A stretch of 64,000 nt of DNA, from contig JASCQW010000130.1 of assembly GCA_030264375.1 (NCBI GenBank), forward strand, positions 33,034,791-33,098,790. The letters run 5' to 3'. A program made the translations under genes and the position numbers. This DNA comes from Carcharhinus longimanus. Taxonomy: Eukaryota. Positions within the stretch are counted from its first letter, which is position 1; each line of letters starts with the position of its first letter. This document shows positions 52,790-64,000 of the stretch, in pieces. Below the pieces are notes generated by a model, which worked only from the letters and a program-made list of their open reading frames with translations, ran no database searches and was not told the DNA's origin.

Positions 52790-54600
52790 ATCACCTCTTT
52801 AATCATATCCCTAGACCCTCGACCCAGCCCCTCAAATCTGTCCCCCTCCTCTCCCCATGATTGAAGGCAAATGAGGAACTTCCTTGGATCAATTAGTTAA
52901 GCAATTAAGAGGCTTGAAAAGCCAGGTAGAACAGATTTACCTTCAATTCTGGATTTCTCAGCCAAGGCACCTGATTCCCAATTTGTCAGCAGTTCCTTGG
53001 GGTCAACTTAGGTGTGCACACAGTGGTGAAAGCTTCTTTACTGAAACAGACAAGCTGCGAACTCTTTGATCAGTGAAACTCCAGCCATGGCCAAATGATA
53101 GCTGCTATCAAAGTACCTCTTCTCTCAGAGAATGAAATCTCTGCCTGATAGGCAATTGCCAACTTCTTGCAAGACATTTCACCCCTTAGTAAATCATCTT
53201 TAGCTGCTCTTCCCTGTTGCCAAACTTCACCACAGCATAGGAGCAGCTTATATAGCTCGACCATGCACCTCTCTGCTTCTGATGAAGAACAATAGAGAAG
53301 TAACACCAGTAACAACAGCCCCAGCAACAGGAGCAAGAAGTGCCGCTTTCTCCTTAGCCTGATGCAGCGAGGATGGAAACCGAGATCCAACAAACCATCT
53401 GTAGGCAGAAGATCAGCCTTCCCAGCACCAGTATCTCTGCAGGCTCAGACTCTCACTGTCGGTCACTGAATACATGTTCAGCCTCGTGGAACTAAACATT
53501 CTTCCCAATGGAGCAGGTGGACATGCATTGTCAATGGCCCATAAGGTGCCTATCACTGGGGAAGCCACTCCTTTCCGCCGCTGCTCTTCCCCACCCAACT
53601 CAGCTCTCTTCCTCTCACCAATTTGGGAGCTCTCTTCTGCAAGGAGATAATTCAGCGAATTGTGAGATTTGTTTAGTGAGGAGAGCTAGATAACATTTGT
53701 CAAGGGTGACAATGAGATATGGGCATGTGAGGGCAATAGGATGAGGGTGAGTGTGAATTCTGACTGCTCGGCACAGAGGCACAGTGGTTACCACTGCTGC
53801 CTCACAACAAAGGAACCCGAGTTCAATTCCGGCCTAGGGTGATTGTGTGGAGTTTTCACGTTTCTCCCGTGTCTGCATCGGTTTCCTCTGGGTGCTCTGA
53901 TTTCCTCCCACAGTCCAAAGATGTGCAGGTTAAGTTGACTGGCCATGTTACATTGACTCTTCATATCAAGGGAATTAACAGGGTAAATATTGAGGTTACG
54001 GGGATAGAGCCTGGGTGGGATTGTTGTCGGTGCAGGTTCAATGAGTCAAATGGCCGCCTTCTGCACTGTAGGGATTCTATGATTCTATTCTCAGGTGGGG
54101 ATGTGAAGTGCTTATAGAGAAAGCATTGAGTTCCGCTCCTGTGTCATTCTGAGGAGCTCTGTGCAGGAGAATGCTGGGCAAGTCAGAGTGTGAGGCTTGG
54201 CATCTGAAAGCATTATGCCACTCACCTACCATACCTTCCTGCTGTTCTGGATCCCTTTGGTGCACACTTCTGCTGCTGACTTCTTGGGCCACTTCCATCC
54301 ACAGCTGCTTGGTTCACTTCCTCCCGACCTAGGAAGAACTCATCTCACTACAGCAGGGTCTCCAGGGAAGAGCCAGGAGACCAGGGGAACAGCCTTCCTA
54401 GAATCTTCTCCATTCCTGCGGTTGCAGTACCCTCAAAAATCCAAGTACTGGTGAACCATTGTAACCCATGCCAGGGGCCCTTTAATTAGCAATCCTCCTT
54501 TAATAGAACAGGGGAATCATCTTGCCCTGTGTTCCCTGATCGATCAAGGAACCCAGAGGTGGGATGCTCATACTGTGCCTCAGGAGACAAGCTTCAGAAT
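52790..54600 (-). mobile_element. Harbinger-type remnant (Myb/SANT-like ORF), interrupted by an HE1 SINE
   Basis: The - strand encodes KQLWMEVAQEVSSRSV, which resembles the Myb/SANT domain of Harbinger ORF2. Heavily decayed. Confidence 0.45.
53770..54090 (+). mobile_element. Full-length HE1-like V-SINE
   Basis: tRNA head GGCACAGTGGTTA..GAGTTCAATTCC, V core TTCCTCCCACAGTCCAAAGATGTG, and CR1-type GATTCTAT tail. Confidence 0.88.
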
Positions 54601-54679
54601 AGCTCGCCAATTAATAAATCAGTTTGCAACCAAGCAAGTAGTCCCATTGTTCTGGCAAAAACTAAGTCCACAAACCATC

Positions 54680-54822
54680 CAAAGTTCTGAAGAAGAGTCA
54701 TATTGGCTCGAAACAGTAACTCTGTTTCTCTGTCCACAGATGCTGCCAGACCTACTGAGTTTTTCCATCACTCCCTATTTTCATTTCAGAGCTCCAGCAT
54801 CTGCAATATTTTGCTTCTACTA
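54680..54822 (+). mobile_element. Penelope-derived short element with hammerhead motif
   Basis: GTTCTGAAGAAGAGTCATATTGGCTCGAAACAGTAACT...CAGATGCTGCCAGACCTACTGAGT. A partial relative lies at 27095-27180. Confidence 0.6.
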
Positions 54823-54849
54823 TAGGTAGGGAAGCTGTGCTGTCCAAGC

Positions 54850-55180
54850 CCCACTCCAGGGCTTGAGCATATCATACAGACTGACACCTTACTGCAATGT
54901 GAGGGAGTGTCGTGCTGTTGTAAGTGCCTTTTTCACCTACCTGTTGCTATGATTCAGTTGAGTGCCGCAGCATAAGTAGAAGAAAAGTAAGTTCTGCAGA
55001 TGGCATGACTCACCAAAACATCAAAGGTGAAAGACTCACTATCTACACTGTTTGTAGGGCCTTGCTGTGTGCAAACATGGCTGCTAGATTTGCGTACACA
55101 GTGATATTCACTACTTTCTAAATAATTCATTGCCTGCCAAACCTTTTACTGAAAGATTCGTCAGGGTGCATGTAAATTAT
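54850..55180 (+). mobile_element. Deu-domain SINE ending about 25 nt before the exon-21 acceptor
   Basis: GAGGGAGTGTCGTGCTGT...CTTGCTGTGTGCAAACATGGCTGC core and tail. Confidence 0.6.
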
Positions 55181-55205
55181 GAGGTGCTTTTGTCATGTAT
55201 TTCAG

Positions 55206-57566
55206 GAGCCTCTGAAGATGATAAACTGTCAGTCTCAGCCTTGGAGGGAAGGTTTTCACGCAGCACGTCCATGCAAGATACTCTTCGGGAAGGACTGGGT
55301 ATACCTCCACCTCCTCAGATAGCCCCGCCCCCACCACCCTCCTCATATCTTTTAGATACGGGCCCTCCTCCTCCTTTCTCCCCACCCCCACCCCCAGGAC
55401 GAACTTATGACAATGTACGTTCCAGCTTTAAGCCCAACACCGAAGCGAAAATTCATGGGGGGCAGCAGGCGGTGACGACAGCGGAGGTCTATGAGCCAAG
55501 TCGGACTCCTCTGCCTCCAGTAGAAAGGCAGAAAAGAGCCAGGTCAATGATAATCTTGCAGGATTCGTCCTACTATCCCGTAGAACCAACAGACATACCC
55601 TGGCCCAGTCCCTCACCAACCCCTCAAGAGAAAAGCAAACGGAAGGCTAAGATGGTCGACAACCCATATGCAAACGTGGGCCAGTTCAATGTGGGCCTGT
55701 TTGCACCAACAAAGCCACTTCGTAAGAAAAGCCCTCTGGTCAAGCAGTTCCAGGTTGAAGACGCAATAGAGAGAGCATCAGCAGCTGGTTCCTCTGTGGC
55801 TGGCAAGGAGTTAGTGGCAAGGAGGATAGCGCAACACTCTGGAAAGGAGTATGAGCAGCAGCAGAGAGAGGGAATCAGCAAAGCGCAGGAGGACGGACAA
55901 GATCTGACCAGCCCTTTTTCTGTCGCCATTGCAGGAGCAGTACGGGACCGAGAAAAAAGGTTGGAAGAGAAGAGGAAATCAACAGTCTTCCTTTCTGTAG
56001 GTGCCATTGAAAGCGACACAGCACCCAACATCCCAGCTCTGCAACAGTCCAGGTCAGTTGACGAGAGACTACTGAGTAGCAGCGACAGGTCTCTCCGATC
56101 GCCAATCCCTTCACCTGTACCCTCTTCAAGACCACCAGCAAGCACACCTGTGACTTTTATACATCCCCTCACAGGAAAGCCGCTGGATCCCAACTCACCA
56201 CTGGCACTTGCGCTGGCCGCAAGACAGCGGGCACTGGTCGCTGAAACACAGCATCAACGGGCGGCTGGGAGCAGTGAAACCTTAAAAGCTCAGGAGAGAA
56301 ATGCCCCTCTGTACATGGAGAGTCACAGCAAAGAGGCAAAGAAAGCAGAAATTGAGGGCCTCACATCGCCTCCCTTCTCTCCAGAGGACAAAGCGGTCTA
56401 TAGTCCAACATCTGGGGTGCCAGTAACCGCAAAACACCAGTGGGGAACTCCTACCACTATGAGGAAAGAAATAGAAAGTAGACCAGGGCAGATAGAGAAA
56501 TCAGAACGAGAAGAGAAGAGAGTGGAAGAGAAAAAGAGTATGCTTATCAACATAGTGGATACATCACAACAGAAAACAGCAGGCCTACTGATGGTCCACG
56601 CAACGAGTAATGGACAAGAATCAGAACTTCAAGAAACTCCAACACCTGCCTTGAAGCCATCATCACCACAGCCTCAACCGTCCCCTACTGAGACACAAGC
56701 TTCTCAGCCACCCAGTGTTGTTTCTGAGCCTCCTCCGCCTACTGAAGCACCTGGGAAAACCCAAACTCAAGGAAGTTCTGATGAAGATGTGGAGCCATTT
56801 GCCATTTCTCTTCCTCCACTACTGTCCTCAAGTGACGAGGAAACAAGAGAGGAACTTGCAAAGATTGGGCTTGTGCCACCTCCTGATGAGTTTGCAAATG
56901 GCATCTTCATCCAAGCCGAGGCTGAAAAAACTGCCAGCCATCCCAGTAGACCTCCAATTGCAGCACCTTCAACTACTGGCATTTCACCCTCAGGGAAGCC
57001 TTCAGATGCCCCACCTTCAGAAGCAAGTGTGGACTCGGGTGTAGAAGAAATTGACACAAGAAGCAGTAGTGATCATCACCGTGTCACCATGCCGNNNNNN
57101 NNNNAAGCACGATTTCAACTGTCTCCAGCATGTCCACATTATCATCAGAGAGCGGCGAGCCCTTGGACACATACACATCATTTGCTGATGGACAGACCTT
57201 CATACTCGAGAAGCCTCCAGTGCCTCCAAAGCCAAAGCTAAAGTCCCAACTCAACAAAGGGCCAGTCACATTCAGGGACCCTCTCTTGAAGCAGACCTCA
57301 GACAGTGAGCTTGTTGCCCAACACCAACCGTCCGCGCTGCCCCCCGGCGTAGGACGGTCTCGCTACCTCATACAGAGAAAGTCCAAGTTGTGGGGGGATG
57401 CTGTTGAGCCCAGGCCCATTCAGATGGTTGAGGGCAGCAAACCCACTGTAATAAGCGAGCTGAGCTCCAGGCTGCAGCAATTGTCTAAGGATACTCACTC
57501 ACTCGGGGACGAGCCGTCAACAGCCTCTCTTGAGATAGGAAAGAGGTCACCTGTTGTCACTGCACG
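55206..57566 (+). CDS. SHANK3: SHANK3 large proline-rich exon (exon 21 equivalent); contains a 10-N gap with an apparent artefactual frameshift
   Basis: Acceptor tatttcAG (55204-05) and donor CG|GTAAG. SHANK3-type blocks include RSTSMQD, RQKRARSMIILQDS, STVFLSVGAIE and SSSDEETREELAKIGLV. It carries the Homer ligand PPDEF (56879-56893) and the cortactin ligand KPPVPPKP (57211-57234). Confidence 0.97.
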
Positions 57567-59779
57567 GTAAGGCCAAATTACCAATTTCTTAATGTAGAAG
57601 TGTTTTCTCAATGCCCCAGAAACATGATCATTTTTCTCAGTAATAATTCCAGAGCTTAATATTAAAAGTGAACTTCTGTTTAGTTATTCTAAGGTTAATG
57701 TTTCCTGGTGTGAGCACCATTCCCAGTGCATTTAACTCAATAGATAGTGTTTTCAGTTCATGAAGATAGAGTGATAAATGAGACAATTGCATCCCCTGTC
57801 CTCAGGGTATACTGACTGACAAGTTTCAAAGATTTTCAAATTGATATTCGGAAAGAAAGGTTGTTGCACTAAATTGTTTCTGAAGAGAGTCTGTGTAAAA
57901 GTTAATGAGGGCTACTACCAAATTAGGCAAATTTTAAATTGCAATTGCTTGATGATTGTGCAAATATTTCTCTTTCATTTGAGGATTGTAGAAGCTGGAA
58001 CTGTGAATATGTAAGACAGAAAACAGTGAGCGCACACAATGCTATAGGGAAACAAGAATCATATTAATCACCTGCACCAGACCTCAGAATCTGCTTTACA
58101 GAATCAGACCAAAGCATCAGGAGGCATTTAGTGACAGGACCTGGGCAGAGTTCCTAGTGTTGTGTTGTGTTGCACAAACCTTACTGCTAAATGGATTTCT
58201 CCCTCACCTTCTGCCTTACCTTCTTTCTTTCCCTACCCCACCTCCCAGGCAGGTAAATCAACACAAACGTCCCTTATATAACCAATTAACTAACCTCTTT
58301 CAAAACTTTCCCTCCAAATACTTTATGGTGGTCAGGCCCAACCCACTGGTTATTACCCAAAATCGAACTTTGCCTCAGCCATGTTCTTGTAGTTTCCTGA
58401 ATAGTGTCTAAAATATAATACTTGCACAACCAACATTAATTCAGTTTAAAATGGTGGACTTAGTTGTGTCCAGCTGACTTATCTCAAACAATCTATCCTC
58501 CTGTATGTTATCTTTACTCATGTTTAGCACCTGAATCAGAACCCTTCACCATTTACAACTCTCCAACAAATTCAAAACCCCCCACAGCATGAAACCAATC
58601 ACTACTGATAAATATGTGTGTCAGCGATCATCCTCATTGCCTTTCTCTGTATGTAATTTAGCAACAATGTCCTTAAGATGAGGGAAGCAAAACTGTACAC
58701 AAAACTATAGACATCAAGATCTTACTTAAACATTATGTAGAGTGCCATGTATGGCTCAAATGGTAGCAGAAGTCTCTGTGAGTCAGAAGATAGTGAATCT
58801 CACTCCAGAGACTAAAGCACACAGAAATCTAGGTTAACACCCTAGTGTGATACTGAGAAAATGCTTCGACAGTGTCTGGGGTGCTACAGATACACTCTCC
58901 ACCCTATTCCAAACCATGTGATCTTCTGGTAGAGCTGAAAAACTTTTAAAAACGCACACTAATTTACAGGTGAAATGTGGAAAATGTCTTCCGAACCACA
59001 CTAGAAACCCAAATCAGTATGATCTACCGAGTTTCCCTGAGCTTGTTTTCCAATAACATCTTCAAATATCAAATCTGCTTTACCAATCATGACCTCTGCT
59101 TCCTGAAACTGAGCTTAGTAATCACAAGTTGATAATTGCTAGTTGTGAGCATCCTTTTTCAACGAAGAAATTGCATGCACTTTCCACTGAAATCATCTGG
59201 TGCTACGAAGGCTCTTGGTGAAAGATTTAAAATATTTGCTAGTGCCTCATCAACACCCTCAGCCATTTCCTTCAGCACCTTTCTCCAGCTTCACCACCTT
59301 TAAGGAACCTTATGCAGTCTTCCTTGAGATGTGTAAATGACTCATTTGAGTATTAGTTTCATCTAAAAAATGATTATGATTACATTACTTTGGAGAAAAT
59401 CCAGTAGAAGACAACTGAAAGGCACCCTATCTATCCCACTGCAGGAATAAAACACATAACCTAAGCTGGAAATTCCAGTGTAGTACTAAATGCCACACTG
59501 TTGTGGGTTTTCGGACCTCAGAGTCAATTTATCTAGATCAGCATCAAAAATCCCCTTGCACTGTTCAAAGTACAGCAGCTATCCAAATGTGGAGCAGGGA
59601 GAGAGGGGAAGTCTCCCTATATTATGAGTACATGGAACCTGCATCATAGATGAAACATGTACCATAGCCAAATCAGACATTCCTTCCCAGCAATGGGCTG
59701 TCTAAGTCAAAGCTGTGATTAAGGCTTACGTTAATGAACAAAAAGTAATTTCTTTAACTGCATCTCGCTGTTGGTTTTA

Positions 59780-60390
59780 GGATCAGCTCGGCAACCTAGA
59801 TAAGTTGGTGGGGTGGGCAGAAAGGTGGCAGGTGAGGTTCAATGCAGAGAAGAGTGATGTGATGAATTTTGGTAGAGAGAAAATTGAGAGGCAATATAAA
59901 ATAATGGGTAAGATTCTTAATATATATTGAGATATATGTACGTAGATCATTGAAGGTGGCAGGACAGGGTGAAAGCAGTTAATAAAGCATAAAGCATTTT
60001 GGGTTTCATTAATATGGACATCAAGTACATGAGCCATGAGGTTATGTTGAACTTATACAGGACACTAGTTAGACCTCAACTGGAATATTGTGCACAATTG
60101 CCACATTATAGGTAGAATGTGAACACGTTGGAGAGAGTGCAGATGAGGTTTACAGGAATGGTTCCAGGGATGAGAAACTTCAGTTATGAGGATAGTTTTG
60201 AAGAGGTTGGTACTATTCTCCTAGGAAAGAAGGCGAAGAAGAGATTTGATAGAGATGTTCAGAACTATGAGGAGGCTGCTTAGATTAGACATGGAGAAAC
60301 TATTCCTGCTCATAAAAAGATCAAGACCATGAAGGCTCAGGTTTAAAGTGATTTGCAAAAGAAGCAAACATGATGTGAGAATAAACTTTT
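59780..60390 (+). mobile_element. CR1 LINE RT 3' fragment
   Basis: W.E.WQVRFNAEK..VMNFG and LNLYRTLVRPQLEYCAQ remnants. Confidence 0.8.
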
Positions 60391-60960
60391 CCACATGTCG
60401 GGAAAACCGGAGCAATCAGTGTTGGTCTGTCCGGCGCAGTGCGGACCGCATTCATCCACATTTAGTTTTTTTTGTGAGAGTGGTGAGTTGCATACTAGTT
60501 CCGGGAGGGGCAGGAGCTAAACACGCTGGTGAGTTGAAAGCGCACCCCAAATGAAAGTGCAATGGAAGACTGTATCCCTACCCCAATGGATAGTGGGCAT
60601 GCCCCCCTCATCAGTAACATGTTTCCCCACCCCTTGCCCAAAATGGATAGCCTGCATCGGGGCCTTCTCAATGGGTTCCCTTTCATGGCCATCATCATGC
60701 CAACCCTTCGTGACCTCCGACATGCCACATCTTCATGTCCATCCCTTCACAACCATCTCCCTCATCATAGCCTCCCCACCATAGCCCCTGCTTAGACCCC
60801 ACCCCCACTTAGGCTGCACCTCCTTGGCACTGCCCTGGCACATTGGCAGTGCCCAACTGACTGCCAGGTTGGCACTAACATGATGCCAGGTGATCACTGC
60901 CCAGCCATGTTCCTGACCACCCAAGGGTTTCAATGGCCTACGACACCCCCTGGTAAACCA
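60380..60960. mobile_element. GC-rich non-autonomous element fragment
   Basis: CCTTGGCACTGCCCTGGCA motifs are shared with the other GC-rich MITE-like copies. Confidence 0.45.
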
Positions 60961-61199
60961 GCTTTCCTCTACAACCCAGAATCAAAATAAGCATGAACTG
61001 ACAGCCAAATTGCAGTAAATTATAAACTATAAATTACTCACTAAATGGCAGAGACAACTAAGGGAATCTTCCGAATTGGCTCAGCAGTCTGCTTAGCGTA
61101 TATGTCATTTATCTCAGTTACAAAGTCCTTCAAAACTCTGTCTTCCTCGTGAAGAATATCAGTTCCTCTTCTTTTAGGATTTAGTCTGACCCTCAGCAG

Positions 61200-63296
61200 A
61201 CAGCAGCACACAACCAACCATAGCACTGCTAATGGCTCCGTTCATCACTTTGCTGATGACTGTGAGAAGACTGATGACATTGTAATTGACTGGAGTGGAT
61301 TTGTCCTGCTTTTGCAGATAGGACATACCTGAGAAACATTTCACTTTGTTGAATAGATGCCACTGTTGCATCTGTAGCAGGAACAGCTTGACTGGAGCAC
61401 TTCTCCGCGGCAAAGCAGCTGTGATGTTGTCTGGGACTATAGAATTTGATGTACAGTGTGCCCAGTCTTTTCTTGATTGCACATAAAGTAAATTGAAGTG
61501 GCTGAATACTGGTTTCTATGATGTAGGGACCTCAGGACAAGGCCAAGATAAATCATCCACTCAACACTTCTGGCTGAAGATGTCTTTGCACTCATGCGCT
61601 GGACTGTGCAATCACTGAAGATGGGGATGGATATAGGGTCTGTTGCTCCCAGTGATTGTTTTAGTCCATCACCATTGATCTGATTTATTGTTTATGGAAT
61701 CACTTGCAACTGCGTGCTGCTTCCACTCTTTAACAGGCATGTAGTTCTGTTTGTAGCTTCATCATGTTAACATCTTACTTTTAAGTACACCTCGTGCTGT
61801 TCCTAGCACGATCTCCTACATTTCCCATTGATTCCTTGGTTTGTTGATAATGGTAAAGTGAGGGATATGCCAGGCCATGAGGTTAAAAGTTGTGTTTGAA
61901 TATACACATATTCGCATTCGGGCGGTGTGGTAGCACAGTGGTTAGCACTGCTGCTTCACAGCTCCAGGGACTTGGGTTCGATTCCCGGCTTGGATCACTA
62001 TCTGTATGGAGTTTGCACATTCTCCTTGTGTCTGCGTGGATTTCCCCCAGGTGCTCTGTTTTCCTCCCACAGTCCAAAGATGTGCGGGTTAGGTTGATTG
62101 GCCATGCTAAAATTGCCCCTTAGTGTCTTGAGATACGTAGGTTAGAGGGATTAGCGGGTAAATATGTAGGGATATGGGGGTACAGCCTGGGTGGGATTGT
62201 GGTCAGTGCAGACGCAGTGGGCCAAATGGTCTCTTTCTGCAATGTAGAGTTTCTATGATTCTATGAATTATTGCTGGTGCTGTTAATCCATAGCATCGCT
62301 TGGATGTTTAGTTTTAAACTGCTCAATCTGTTCTGGATCTATCCCATTTAGAACAGTGGCAGCACCATACAACATGATGTAAGTTGGACTCAGTGTGAAG
62401 AGACTTCACCTCCACAAAAACCATGCAGTGGTCCCACCTACCTGTACTCTCATGGGCAGATGCATCTGTAAAAGGTAGAGTGGTGAGGACAAGTTCAAAT
62501 GGATATTTCCCTCATGTTGGTTCTCAACACCTGCCGCAGGCCCAGTCTGGAAGCTTTGCCCTTCAGGAATCAGCTAGTTTGGACAGTATGGTGCAGCCAA
62601 ACCAAGCTCAGTGATGAACATTGAAATATCCCACGCAGAGTACATTGTGCTTCTTCCAAGTGGTTTCCAACATGGAAGAATATAGATTCATCAGCTATGA
62701 TATTCCACTGCCACCTCTAATGGATTTATCCTACCAATGGATATCCTGCTAATGGAATATGACATAACCAGGGATGATAATGATAGAGTCAGGGACATGA
62801 GTTGTAAAGTATGATTCTGTGAATATGGCTATGCAAGATTGTTGCTTGGGACAACTCTCTCAATTTTGACACATGCCTAGATGTTAGTGAGGAGGACTTT
62901 GCAAGTTGGTTGGGCTGGGTGTGATTTTATCATGACCAAATCAGGTGAGATAGATGCAGGGATGAATGTTCGATTTTATTCTGTTATCATTTTTCATGTA
63001 ACACTGAGTGGCTTGTTTGACCATTTCTGAAGACAGTTAAGAATCAAACACATTGTTGTGGGTCTGCAGTAAAACACAGGACAGAAAGAGTAAAGACAAC
63101 AGATTTCGTACTCTAAAGGAACTTAATGAACCAGATGAGTTTAGACAACAATCCATGTAACTTTTTAGTTCAGATTATTCAATTAATTAACAACATTTAA
63201 ACTTCCCTGCTCCCATGTTGTACTTTTAACTCACATCTCCAAACCAGCCTTTGGAGTCCAGGTGTTGTAACATAAGCATTCTGCCACCATTCTACC
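61200..63296 (-). mobile_element. Second copy (5' half) of the LINE family at 1-2560, with a tRNA-like 5' head; interrupted by an HE1 SINE
   Basis: The - strand encodes KQDKSTPVNYNVISLLTVISKVMNG. 62270-62700 mirrors 1-420, the endonuclease starts near 62890, and 63000-63296 resembles the SINE body at 42990-43280 and 44365-44660. Confidence 0.75.
61920..62265 (+). mobile_element. Full-length HE1-like V-SINE
   Basis: A and B boxes, V core, and GATTCTAT-type tail. Confidence 0.9.
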
Positions 63297-63900
63297 TGTT
63301 TAAGCTATATATTTAGAAAGTTTACTTTATGGACATCCAGCGGGGAAAATAATTTCAGCATCAACCTCTAAACAATATATTGGATGTCTGAATATTGGCC
63401 TTAGGAATCTAAATGTATATCTTATCTTAAGATTCTAGATGTAATTGGCGCTGCATTTGAGCAACTGAATCTTTTATGGGAGCCAACTGATAGTAAAGCT
63501 GGTGTTTTTTGCTGAAGCTTTTGTATCTTTTCAACTTGTCCTTACTGTAAATTACTTCCGCTCTTGTATCTTAGATCCATCGGGAAAGTTTCCAGGCTCA
63601 GACTGCCTATTCTAGTCTTGAGACCTAGGTAAACTTTTCGTAACTTGTTACTCAGCAAACTACTGGTAAATTATCCTTGATCCACAGAGACTTCAATCTT
63701 CAAAATGATAGAACATTCCACCACATCTTATTTAAAGTAGTAAGAATATTTATCCCTCTCTCTAGTAATTGTCTGGGGCTGAAACAGACAGTTCATAACC
63801 TTAGTGTCATCTTTGACCCTGAGATGAGTTTCTGATTTCTTATCAGCACTGTCATAAAACAAAGCCTATTACTACATTCAGACCATCTCCTGACTCACGT

Positions 63901-64000
63901 AGCGGCACAGTGGCACAGTGATTAGCACTGCTGCCTCACAACACCAGGGACCCCAGTTCAATTCCGGCCATGGGTCACTGTGTGGAGTTTGCACGTTTTC
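63901..64000 (+). mobile_element. HE1-like V-SINE 5' end (cut by the window edge)
   Basis: GGCACAGTGATTAGCACTGCTGCCTCACA...GTTCAATTCC. Confidence 0.85.

Noticed and set aside
53770-53835. tRNA genes at A/B-box sites
   Set aside because: All are SINE heads followed by SINE cores, with no complete cloverleaf seen.
55130-55205. N-terminal extension of the 703-aa ORF
   Set aside because: It has a TTG start, lies in intronic SINE-tail sequence, and SHANK homology begins at the acceptor at 55206.
55624-56193. 189-aa antisense ORF
   Set aside because: Shadow ORF of the real coding exon.
57105-57241. C-terminal tail ARFQLSPACPH... of the 703-aa ORF
   Set aside because: Wrong frame after the gap; the SHANK3 sequence continues in the 57130 frame.

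Overview
Vertebrate genomic DNA with several N-gaps. The repeat content (HE1-type V-SINEs, Deu-domain SINEs, CR1-type LINEs) points to an elasmobranch (shark). The window holds the middle of a SHANK3 gene on the + strand: five in-phase coding exons equivalent to mammalian exons 17-21, at 5978-6058, 17359-17382 (a 24-nt microexon), 31271-31398, 45662-45767 and 55206-57566. The PDZ exons upstream and the SAM exon downstream were not found in the window. The introns (9-14 kb) are mostly decayed transposable elements: CR1-group, RTE and Tx1/L1 LINEs, SINEs, Gypsy LTR elements, Harbinger remnants and MITEs, and Penelope termini. The best leads are: (1) an intact 57-codon intron-encoded alternative N-terminus (MKKFASTRSLNKIL...) that matches my recollection of the mouse Shank3e isoform; (2) the microexon and its cluster of neural splicing motifs; (3) a stop codon inside the exon-21 donor followed by ATTAAA, a possible SAM-less isoform; (4) an old ~28-bp satellite split by insertions; (5) minimal hammerhead-ribozyme motifs in Penelope termini; (6) an apparently ORF1-less LINE that shares a tRNA-like head and a 3' tail with a SINE. 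I found no prokaryotic system or CRISPR array. All homology statements come from memory, not database searches, and repeat boundaries are approximate.
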